Positions 9,655-17,017 of a DNA stretch of 64,000 bases are shown one piece after another. The DNA is from a virus. Lineage: Duplodnaviria > Caudoviricetes. The first letter of the stretch is position 1, and every line of letters begins with the position of its first letter. The stretch lies in IMG/VR virus record IMGVR_UViG_3300035208_006985; one strand, 5' to 3'. The notes under the pieces are model-generated. The model had not been told where the DNA came from. It did not search any database and saw nothing but the letters and a program-made list of their open reading frames with translations. Made by a program: the position numbers and the translations under genes.

Positions 9655-9940
9655 TATTCTTTTCCTCTAGAAATTCTAAAACATCTGGATCATTTGTTGC
9701 ATCATACAATTTAATTTCTTTGGGTAAAAATTCTTTAGCAATATCACAATCCTTTCTATCAGGACAAGTATAACCACAATATAGCTCCCTAACTAAAAAC
9801 CCAAAAGTTTCTACAAAATCAATAGCCCCATGCTCTTCATCAGGTATATGTTTAAGCCACTTATGTACCGGAAGATTCCTTTGAATCACATAGGCTTGAA
9901 CCCTTAAAAGTTCTGATAATCTATTGCATTTAGAAGTCAT
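9647..9940 (-). CDS. Hypothetical Cys-cluster protein
   Basis: YCGYTCPDRKDC. Confidence 0.6.
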   Translation of the reverse strand: MTSKCNRLSELLRVQAYVIQRNLPVHKWLKHIPDEEHGAIDFVETFGFLVRELYCGYTCPDRKDCDIAKEFLPKEIKLYDATNDPDVLEFLEEKNNV

Positions 9941-9946
9941 AATAAC

Positions 9947-10132
9947 TCACACAGGTCTGTACCAATCATTGCCATCTACAATTTCCAGAATAAAATTGTA
10001 TGCTTTTTTAAACAAACAAATAGGATTGCACCATAAATGATAAGCTTTAAAGGGTTTCCTGCTCCAAAATAAACCCTCACATCTTTGGCATTGATTGTGA
10101 TAGTATTGTTTTATGTATTTATTTTTGATCAT
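9947..10132 (-). CDS. Small Cys/His protein, paralog of 4658..4849
   Basis: Shared YHNQCxRC...NPxC motif. Confidence 0.65.
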   Translation of the reverse strand: MIKNKYIKQYYHNQCQRCEGLFWSRKPFKAYHLWCNPICLFKKAYNFILEIVDGNDWYRPV

Positions 10133-10326
10133 TATTTTTCCCTCAATATTGTTCTGTATCTTTTTTTAAACAAACCTACTATGTGGGGGTTCTCTTGAAC
10201 AATCCAACCCCCTCTTTTACCATAATAAGATCTCATATACGTAAGTAAATGCTGAAAGTCCTTACATTCAAGTATACGAATGGCTTTACCATTTTTTATT
10301 TTTCTTTTTATCTTAATTTCAATCAT
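10132..10326 (-). CDS. Hypothetical basic protein
   Basis: AGGA SD; overlaps the next start. Confidence 0.55.
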   Translation of the reverse strand: MIEIKIKRKIKNGKAIRILECKDFQHLLTYMRSYYGKRGGWIVQENPHIVGLFKKRYRTILREK

Positions 10327-10353
10327 TTTAATTTCCTAATTTAATTATTTACA

Positions 10354-10427
10354 CGGACTATACAAGATTCTAACTTGTGACCCTGAAATTAGAAATTTCA
10401 TGCTCTATCCATCTGAACTAATAGTCC
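10354..10427 (-). tRNA. tRNA-Arg(TCT)
   Basis: GGACTAT/ATAGTCC acceptor, TGAAA-TTTCTAA-TTTCA anticodon arm, ACAAG-TTAGAAT-CTTGT T arm with a variant loop. Confidence 0.88.
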
Positions 10428-10437
10428 AAAACTTTAG

Positions 10438-10521
10438 CACACCGGGAAGGAGTCGAACCTTCAGTGGGATCACACCCGGAAGTTTTGGAGACTTCTGCAT
10501 TACCAGCAATGCTTCCGATGT
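10438..10521 (-). tRNA. tRNA-Trp(CCA) with long variable arm
   Basis: ACATCGG/CCGGTGT acceptor, G73, GAAGT-CTCCAAA-ACTTC anticodon arm, 16-nt variable region, GAAGG-TTCGACT-CCTTC T arm. Confidence 0.85.
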
Positions 10522-10553
10522 ATATTTGTATAAATTGTGAAACTATAGGGTCG

Positions 10554-11099
10554 TCACAAATCCCTATAAGCCCTTCCATTTTTAATATCTACTATTGTCG
10601 AATAGGAAACCTCAAAATCGTTACTCAATTCTTTTAAAGTTTTATATCTTACATTATTGAGAGCCACCTTAATAGCCTTAACTTTTTCTTGATTCAATTT
10701 TCTTCCAAATAACTTTTCAAAAGGCAACTTTGGTTTTACCTGAGGATCATATTTTGAACTATACCCATTAACATATCTGCCATTGCCCTTACCTTTTGCT
10801 TGCCTTCCTTTTCTTACTTTATCTTGAACATTATCATTTTGTGAACCACTAAACAAATGTTTTGGATTTACACAAGCTGGGGTATCACAACTATGACATA
10901 CGAGCTGTTCTTTTGTTAATACAACATTATTAGACAGTTCATAAGAAAGACGATGTGCTCTAATATGCCAATGCTTACCAGGATCCCTAAACTGAAAAAT
11001 CCCATATCCATCCTTACCAACTGTAGGACATAAAATACAATTTTCTGTATCAAAAACAAGGCTGTTAATCCTCTGAATTGCTTTTTCTCGTGCTGTCAT
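10554..11099 (-). CDS. Free-standing HNH homing endonuclease
   Basis: RAHRLSY...VCHSCDTPACVNPKHL...DN and a C-terminal HTH. ATG at 11099 with AAGGG SD; the track start at 11210 overlaps the tmRNA. Confidence 0.9.
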   Translation of the reverse strand: MTAREKAIQRINSLVFDTENCILCPTVGKDGYGIFQFRDPGKHWHIRAHRLSYELSNNVVLTKEQLVCHSCDTPACVNPKHLFSGSQNDNVQDKVRKGRQAKGKGNGRYVNGYSSKYDPQVKPKLPFEKLFGRKLNQEKVKAIKVALNNVRYKTLKELSNDFEVSYSTIVDIKNGRAYRDL

Positions 11100-11166
11100 A
11101 TAAACCCTTTCGTTAGAATTAGCATTACCCAAGCAACACCACGTGGAGGTTTCTAACAAGTTGCTT

Positions 11167-11562
11167 TGGACGTGCCGATTTTCGAAAATCGGGTCCGAGC
11201 AACAAGTCATAAAAAAGACTACAAGTTTAGTTTAATTTAATCTCTTTATCTATTATGCTAAATTAAACAACCACATAATAGATGCAATCTCTCTTTTTAC
11301 TACACCCAGCTGATTATTTTCTGAGTTCCGCATCCTCCACCATCTGACTTTCTTCTCTTACGGGAGTATTGCTACCCATCAGAACCGTAAACTTATAAGG
11401 TCTTAAACCATTACAAGTTCTTTATCAGCAAAGACTAAAGAACCGTCTTCACTGATAAAGGATGTCGATTTATGGTCGGCATTTTTAGTTTTCTAACTTT
11501 AAAGAGTCAGCAACTTACCTGCCTCTTCTACTATTGTTACCCGTCGAATCCAATTCACGCCC
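11167..11562 (-). ncRNA. ssrA: tmRNA
   Basis: 5' GGGCGTGAATTGGATTCGAC, 3' GGACCCGATTTTCGAAAATCGGCACGTCCA; GGGCGTG/CACGTCC acceptor with G3.U70; candidate tag frame 11480..11403. Confidence 0.88.
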
Positions 11563-11583
11563 GGTTATCAAAGAACAAAAATA

Positions 11584-11747
11584 GGTTTACAGGCAGTCCA
11601 ATTACTCGTAGTACAATTAAAGTACTATCGACCCACAACAAGGAAATAGGTATGGACATGGGGGCAGACCCGAACAATGCTTAGCTTAGCATATATCATT
11701 GTCCGTGTTCCTCGTTACCATGGCTCTAAGCTGCCTACCCGTAAACC
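11584..11747 (-). ncRNA. Unassigned multi-stem structured RNA (~164 nt)
   Basis: Closing stems GGTTTAC/GTAAACC and AGGCAG/CTGCCT; inner AACGAGGAA/TTCCTTGTT, CGGACAATG/CATTGTTCG, TAGTAC/GTACTA. Strand inferred from the cluster. Confidence 0.6.
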
Positions 11748-11767
11748 AAATTTCAAAAAAACAAATA

Positions 11768-11834
11768 GACAGGATGTGCTTACCTTATCATAATCCAAAA
11801 GAATTATAATAACTCGGAGCTTCACCATCCTGTC
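11768..11834 (-). ncRNA. 67-nt long hairpin (small RNA or terminator/processing stem)
   Basis: GACAGGATG/CATCCTGTC, GCT/AGC, TTATTATAAT/ATTATGATAA; T-rich 3' flank. Confidence 0.5.
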
Positions 11835-12006
11835 ATTTTATTACACCTGCAACTATTAACCATCCAACTATTAACATAAAAAACACAAGTATAAATATAA
11901 TTGCATCAAATACATTATTTTTAGGACGTCTTTTATATAAATCGACAAGTGTCCTAGACCATAAAAGCGTAGATGCCACAATAAATATTCTAATTAAAGT
12001 TTCCAT
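11833..12006 (-). CDS. Small 57-aa two-TM membrane protein
   Basis: METLIRIFIVASTLLW...AIIFILVFFMLIVGWLIVAGVIK; not in the track. Confidence 0.5.
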   Translation of the reverse strand: METLIRIFIVASTLLWSRTLVDLYKRRPKNNVFDAIIFILVFFMLIVGWLIVAGVIK

Positions 12007-12031
12007 TTTATACTTGATCCCCTTCTAATAC

Positions 12032-12061
12032 TTGTTTTTATCTAAAATTTTACTATATATT
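12032..12061 (+). promoter_or_regulatory. tnpB3 promoter TTGTTT-N18-TATATT
   Basis: Conserved with 6586..6615. Confidence 0.7.
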
Positions 12062-12089
12062 ATATGTAAGAACTATTGAGAACAATACT

Positions 12090-13235
12090 TTGATTAAAAC
12101 TTATAAATTTAGGGCTTATCCTAACAAAGCTACAGAAGCTCAGACTAGTATAATCCTTGAACTCTGCAGGCAAATGTATAATTTGGCTCTTGAGCAAAGA
12201 ATAATGGTTTATAAACAAAGTAAAAAATCTTTGACTTGTTATGATCAAATTAATCAACTTCCAGAATTTAAAAAAGAATTTCCTCAATTTAAACAGGTTC
12301 CTTCCCAAGCTTTTGAAAATGTAATTGATAGACTTGATAAAGCTTATCAAGGCTTCTTTAGAAGAATAAAAACAGGTGAAACTGCAGGTTTCCCAAGATT
12401 CAAAGGTTATCAAAGATATGATTCTTTTACACTGAGACAATGTGGATATAAACTTGAAAAATCTAATTTGATTATTAAGAAAATTGGAACTTTTAAACTT
12501 AAACTTCATAGGTCCATTCCTTCAGAAGCTAAAATTAAAACTGTTACTATTATCAGAAAAAACAATAAATGGTTTATTTGTTTTTGCTGTGATTGTATTA
12601 TACCAAAAGTTCTTACTAAAGTCAATAGGTCTATAGGCATAGATGTGGGTTGCGAAAGCTTTTTGACAGATTCTAATGGACTTAAAGTAGAAAACCCAAG
12701 ATTTCTTAATAAATCTACTGAAAGAATTACTCAGCTTAGCCAAAAATTGTCTAAACAAAAGATGGGATCTAACAGAAGAAAGAAAACAAGACTTCTTCTG
12801 GCAAAGAAGCATGAAAAAGTATCTAATCAACGCTTGGACTTTCAACATAAAGTTGCAAAGCATTATGTTAAACACTATGATTTGATTTGCCATGAAAAAA
12901 TGCAAGCTTTTAAAAGTTTTAGAGGTCTTAATCGAAGTATGAGAGATATGGCTTGGTTTCAGTTCTTTGATATACTTTCTTACAAAGCGGAAGAAGCTGG
13001 TAGGAAAATAGTTAAGGTTCCTGCCAAAAACACCTCTCAGCAATGCTCGGGATGTGGTGAAATAGTGCTCAAAGATTTGTCTGTTAGAATCCACTCTTGC
13101 CCTCATTGTAAACTTACTTTAGATAGAGATTTAAATGCAGCACTTAATATTTTAAGGCTTGGAACGAGCCTACAAGACCCTACCTATCTCAATAGTTCTA
13201 GTCTTGTGAAATTTAATATTTTAGTTGTTGAATAG
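12090..13235 (+). CDS. tnpB: TnpB RNA-guided endonuclease (tnpB3), TTG start
   Basis: GIDVG, CHEKM, DRDLNAALNI, CSGC/CPHC; close paralog of tnpB2. Confidence 0.93.
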   Translation: MIKTYKFRAYPNKATEAQTSIILELCRQMYNLALEQRIMVYKQSKKSLTCYDQINQLPEFKKEFPQFKQVPSQAFENVIDRLDKAYQGFFRRIKTGETAGFPRFKGYQRYDSFTLRQCGYKLEKSNLIIKKIGTFKLKLHRSIPSEAKIKTVTIIRKNNKWFICFCCDCIIPKVLTKVNRSIGIDVGCESFLTDSNGLKVENPRFLNKSTERITQLSQKLSKQKMGSNRRKKTRLLLAKKHEKVSNQRLDFQHKVAKHYVKHYDLICHEKMQAFKSFRGLNRSMRDMAWFQFFDILSYKAEEAGRKIVKVPAKNTSQQCSGCGEIVLKDLSVRIHSCPHCKLTLDRDLNAALNILRLGTSLQDPTYLNSSSLVKFNILVVE

Positions 13236-13240
13236 TCCAC
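13154..13240 (+). ncRNA. tnpB3 omegaRNA scaffold (3' part); putative guide from 13241
   Basis: Same three stems as tnpB2, with a diverged but still pairing terminal hairpin ATTTAATA/TGTTGAAT; ends TCCAC. Confidence 0.7.
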
Positions 13241-13276
13241 CAAATAAGTCAAGCTTAAAATAGGTTCATAACATTA

Positions 13277-13483
13277 TTATATATCTTTATTATGTTCTAA
13301 TATACAATACTTTCTTATAAATGTTAAAGCTTTACCGTCAGAATATTTTAAGAGTTGCCTAAACTTTGCTGATTGAAAGGGGGTGGCATGACCCTCATAA
13401 CGCTTGCCATTAATAGTTATTTTTATTACATCTGGGCTTCTTTGAAAAGATACAAACCTTACATCTAAATCAAGGTCTGCCAT
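13277..13483 (-). CDS. Small protein, possibly KTSC-like
   Basis: Size and the pattern RYE...FRQLL..SDGKALTFIRKY. Confidence 0.35.
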   Translation of the reverse strand: MADLDLDVRFVSFQRSPDVIKITINGKRYEGHATPFQSAKFRQLLKYSDGKALTFIRKYCILEHNKDI

Positions 13484-13661
13484 TTGTTTTCTCCCATACC
13501 CATTTAGCGGGATGATATTTTTTAGGTTTAGTTAAAACATAAATTAATTTCAAACACCAAACGCACTCTTTATAAAATACTTTGTTTCTTCCTTTAGCAT
13601 CGCAACACTGCACTATTTCACGAAAAGGGTGAATGCCTATATGACATAAAAAATTCTTCAT
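13470..13661 (-). CDS. Small Cys/His protein
   Basis: LCHIGIH...CVWC. Confidence 0.55.
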   Translation of the reverse strand: MKNFLCHIGIHPFREIVQCCDAKGRNKVFYKECVWCLKLIYVLTKPKKYHPAKWVWEKTNGRP

Positions 13662-13666
13662 TTACC

Positions 13667-14221
13667 TTATATTTCCATTGGTTTTAACACACCATACCAA
13701 CCAATAACCTTACCTGTTGGAAGATCTGCATCTGTATCCCACCAATGCTCTAAAAAGGTTGTCTTTCTCATTCTATTTATAGGCACAAACTTACTTTTTA
13801 AATCTCCCTCTACATAATTTGATGAATCTGCTAACCATATATAAAATAAGTCCAATCCAACAACCACTGTATAATGACCGTCTTGACCAGTGTTTGACCC
13901 TGATTGATAGTCTACCAAAACTGGTATATTCTTTTTCAATAACTTTTTTATTGCATTAAAACTTCCGTGTTGACGGGTTCTTAATGTAAAATTGTGAATC
14001 TTTGCAATAGCTCTGATCTGCTCAAATGATGTGCCCTCTTCTTCAACGTCACCATCATGTATAAGCTCCTTTTCAGAAACTTTATAACCATAAAAGTTCA
14101 TAATAGATCTTATAGAAGCAGGCCCACAGCTCCAATCTTGCTGCTGTCTATAACACTTGAAGTTTTTTATGTAATGGCCCTCGAAAGGTTTGAGGTCTTT
14201 TGCTGTTATTACTGGATTCAT
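13667..14221 (-). CDS. C39-like cysteine peptidase
   Basis: QQQDWSCGPAS, GHYTVVVG, LADS catalytic motifs. Confidence 0.85.
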   Translation of the reverse strand: MNPVITAKDLKPFEGHYIKNFKCYRQQQDWSCGPASIRSIMNFYGYKVSEKELIHDGDVEEEGTSFEQIRAIAKIHNFTLRTRQHGSFNAIKKLLKKNIPVLVDYQSGSNTGQDGHYTVVVGLDLFYIWLADSSNYVEGDLKSKFVPINRMRKTTFLEHWWDTDADLPTGKVIGWYGVLKPMEI

Positions 14222-14472
14222 CTAATCTCCTAGCAAATGATAGCACATTTATACACAAATTTTTATCATCAGAACATTTAAGATTTTTATAAACCCCCAT
14301 CTTAAATATCTCAAGGTCATCATTCATTAAAGGTAGGGATGTATCATAATCCTCTGTGTAAACTGTATCAGACAATCCCGTTATTTTAAAAGCTATAGAA
14401 TAAGTACACATGATAAACTCCTTTGCGATGGTTCTATTCTTGTAAAATTTAATAATTTATTCATTGAATAGT

Positions 14473-15165
14473 TCATGCACTTGTCAAATCTTTAACTTTG
14501 CTATAACCCCCTTCCTTATATACAAGGTATTGCTTTTCTGCGTAACTTGCAAGTCGTTGACTATGAGTAATTAATACAATCTGCCTATTAAATCTTTCAG
14601 AAAGAGATGCTAAAAGCTTTCCTAGTTTCTCTGTATACAAATCCCCCACAGCACTACTGGGTTCATCAAGAAATATGGGGCCTTGAATCTTAAGAAACTC
14701 GGCCATTACAAGCCTTAATACTAATGCAATAACCTGATTAACTGCTCCCCCATACATAAAGTTAATGTCTTTATGCTCTTTTACTAAGTCCTGTATCTGC
14801 CTTTCATATTTACCCGGCTCTTCAAGATACTTATGAAATCGATCCTCATCCTCTTTGCTTCTTAGAATAAAAAAGTCCACCTCTACCTGATTACGCCTAT
14901 TTATAAATTCTATACAAAATCTTAAATCCTGCTCAAATACATAGTGTAGTGCCTCTGTTACGATAGGTGAGAGATACTCAGTGATCCCACGCTCTGTTCC
15001 TAACACCAATGTACTAAGCAGGGTATGAACCTCTTGCAGCAATTTCTGCTTCTCTTCAAATTTTAACTGCCTCTGATTAAGTCTTATTATATCAGACTTC
15101 AACATATCAGCAACGCCCTTCTGCTGCATCAACTCAGAATGAATATTTTTAATTCGTTCATGCAT
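14473..15165 (-). CDS. Rad50/SbcC-like ATPase, C-terminal half
   Basis: Coiled coil, signature-like MYGG, Walker B IFLDEP, H-loop LITHS. Confidence 0.85.
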   Translation of the reverse strand: MHERIKNIHSELMQQKGVADMLKSDIIRLNQRQLKFEEKQKLLQEVHTLLSTLVLGTERGITEYLSPIVTEALHYVFEQDLRFCIEFINRRNQVEVDFFILRSKEDEDRFHKYLEEPGKYERQIQDLVKEHKDINFMYGGAVNQVIALVLRLVMAEFLKIQGPIFLDEPSSAVGDLYTEKLGKLLASLSERFNRQIVLITHSQRLASYAEKQYLVYKEGGYSKVKDLTSA

Positions 15166-15772
15166 TAGATATCAAGCCTCTATCTACCAAAGCAATTACT
15201 TTTTTCTTAAGATCATCAAAAGATCCATTATTAAAAATTACATAGTCTACTAACTTATGATTTATGGGAACTTCACTTGCATGTTGCATTTCACCCGTTC
15301 CTGAACGAACTAATCTTATAACCAGTCCCCCTCTTACTTTTATAGCTTGGGCTTCATTATCAAATCTTACATCAGTAATAACACATATCTTGTTATGTAA
15401 CATTGTATGATTTACCCCATTAAACAATTGCTCTACCCAAAAATCTTTACCAAATATGTCTCTATGAGCCTCTGTTCCATAACGCTGAAGAAGGGCTCTC
15501 ATGGTAAAGGGTTCTACCATTATATCATCATCTGGAAAACAATAGTCAACAGGACCGCCCCAATCTTCATCTAAAATAAGTCTAAATTTAACGCTATCAA
15601 AAATTTTCAAACCCTCTAACTGCTCCCTATTAATATTAAGTAAAGCACAGGCAGAATCTTTTAATTTATCTGCAAATCCAAATCTCTGACAATCCTCACC
15701 AAAATGTTCTTTAAGAATTTGATAAACTGTATCTTTACCTGAACGAGCCGCCCCTGTTATACCAATCCACAT
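15158..15772 (-). CDS. Deoxynucleoside monophosphate kinase
   Basis: GAARSGKDT, FADKLK, RALLQRYGTE, ITDVRFDNE, HASE. Confidence 0.9.
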   Translation of the reverse strand: MWIGITGAARSGKDTVYQILKEHFGEDCQRFGFADKLKDSACALLNINREQLEGLKIFDSVKFRLILDEDWGGPVDYCFPDDDIMVEPFTMRALLQRYGTEAHRDIFGKDFWVEQLFNGVNHTMLHNKICVITDVRFDNEAQAIKVRGGLVIRLVRSGTGEMQHASEVPINHKLVDYVIFNNGSFDDLKKKVIALVDRGLISNA

Positions 15773-15773
15773 A

Positions 15774-16010
15774 TCAAATCTCCTTCGACTTTTCATTCAA
15801 TAAAACAACTATACCATTATAAACTCTAAGTATACTTCTTTGATATTCATCATATAAAGTTATAAACTCGTCCAATGATGCTTTAATATCTTGTTTTGTT
15901 ACCAAACCATCCCTTAACATGTCATCAAAAGGAATCTGAACAAAACATTTTAACATTTCTAATTTTTTACAAGCTGCACCCCAACTGGAAAATAATTCCT
16001 CTTCCTTCAT
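15774..16010 (-). CDS. Hypothetical protein
   Basis: Packed ORF with SD. Confidence 0.55.
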   Translation of the reverse strand: MKEEELFSSWGAACKKLEMLKCFVQIPFDDMLRDGLVTKQDIKASLDEFITLYDEYQRSILRVYNGIVVLLNEKSKEI

Positions 16011-16011
16011 C

Positions 16012-16284
16012 TTAAACTCCTTTTAATTCTTTTAATTTTGCTTCCATTGTAATTACTTCCTGCTCTACACTTTGTTTTAACTCATCCCGCTTTTGCTGCA
16101 GCTCCACAAGAGTTAGCTCCAAGTTTTCTGTAGACACTCCAGCCTGCTGCAGCTCTTCAATCTTCTGATCATAGGTATGCTTTAATACATCTCGTCGAGC
16201 TATAGCCCCATTCTTCTCTTTATCTAATTTTTCAATTCTGGCTTTTAAATCCAGTAAATCATTTGTTGCATTTAGTGTCGCCAT
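16012..16284 (-). CDS. Coiled-coil protein (possibly a third Rad50 segment)
   Basis: Heptad pattern throughout; lies between the two Rad50 halves. Confidence 0.5.
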   Translation of the reverse strand: MATLNATNDLLDLKARIEKLDKEKNGAIARRDVLKHTYDQKIEELQQAGVSTENLELTLVELQQKRDELKQSVEQEVITMEAKLKELKGV

Positions 16285-16294
16285 ATTTTTATCC

Positions 16295-16564
16295 TTACTT
16301 AAGTTTCCATTTTATAATTAATTCTTTAGCCAACTTCTTTAAACATGGTGATCCATTCTTTTCTGCAAGTTCACATATCCCACTAAAATCTGCCTTCAAA
16401 TCCCCGAGCTTCATCCCAAGTAATTTTAATGTGTCATTTTCCAAGTCTCCCATAAGCTTTTTATATTCCGCATCAAGCTTAGGCATCAAACTCTCTTTAA
16501 TAATGCCCACACCCACATCAGTCTGAGCACTACACGTATCTGGATTAATTACTTTTACTGCCAT
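16295..16564 (-). CDS. Hypothetical protein
   Basis: AGGAG SD. Confidence 0.55.
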   Translation of the reverse strand: MAVKVINPDTCSAQTDVGVGIIKESLMPKLDAEYKKLMGDLENDTLKLLGMKLGDLKADFSGICELAEKNGSPCLKKLAKELIIKWKLK

Positions 16565-16604
16565 TTTATCTCCTTAAACTACCTACCTAAGTATAATTAA
16601 TTTA

Positions 16605-16814
16605 CTACAAAGAGTCAAGGTCGCTTTGAAGTTTTTCTTTTACAATACTACCACATATAGGGCAAGTGTCTACAGGAGTCTCCCAGCCCTCTTCACCCTC
16701 TACCCTGTATTCATCACTTTCAAAAAGAACATTACAACCCTCTTTTTTACAAGTAAATAATATTGTGGGTGGCTTATTAAAATCAATTCCATTTTTGCTG
16801 AGCAAGTTTTTCAT
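16605..16814 (-). CDS. Small Zn-ribbon protein
   Basis: CKKEGC...CPIC. Confidence 0.55.
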   Translation of the reverse strand: MKNLLSKNGIDFNKPPTILFTCKKEGCNVLFESDEYRVEGEEGWETPVDTCPICGSIVKEKLQSDLDSL

Positions 16815-17017
16815 AATATATCCCCTGGATCTGTAATAACTACTTTTTCTATACCACTCTGAGGTATTAAGATAGTAACTAAAAATTTCTTATCTTCTGA
16901 AACCTTAACAATGTTTAGCCACCCCTCTAAAGGATTGGCATCGTAACAATAAATAGTCTCTCCTCCAGTATCCCCCACTCTATATATTTCTACAGTCATA
17001 TCATTAGTTTTTTCCAT
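16811..17017 (-). CDS. Hypothetical protein
   Basis: Overlapping start and stop with its neighbours. Confidence 0.55.
   Translation of the reverse strand: MEKTNDMTVEIYRVGDTGGETIYCYDANPLEGWLNIVKVSEDKKFLVTILIPQSGIEKVVITDPGDIL

Noticed and set aside
11099-11210. N-terminal extension of the HNH ORF
   Set aside because: Overlaps the tmRNA 3' end; a better SD and ATG are at 11099.
11472-11684. Plus-strand 70-aa ORF
   Set aside because: Antisense to the tmRNA and the structured RNA.
6618-13106. Antisense ORFs 6618..7070, 7077..7661, 12060..12509, 12522..13106
   Set aside because: Shadow frames of tnpB2 and tnpB3; their mutual similarity follows from tnpB paralogy.
1048-13235. TnpBs as nuclease-dead TldR-type repressors
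   Set aside because: All three retain the RuvC D, E and D residues.
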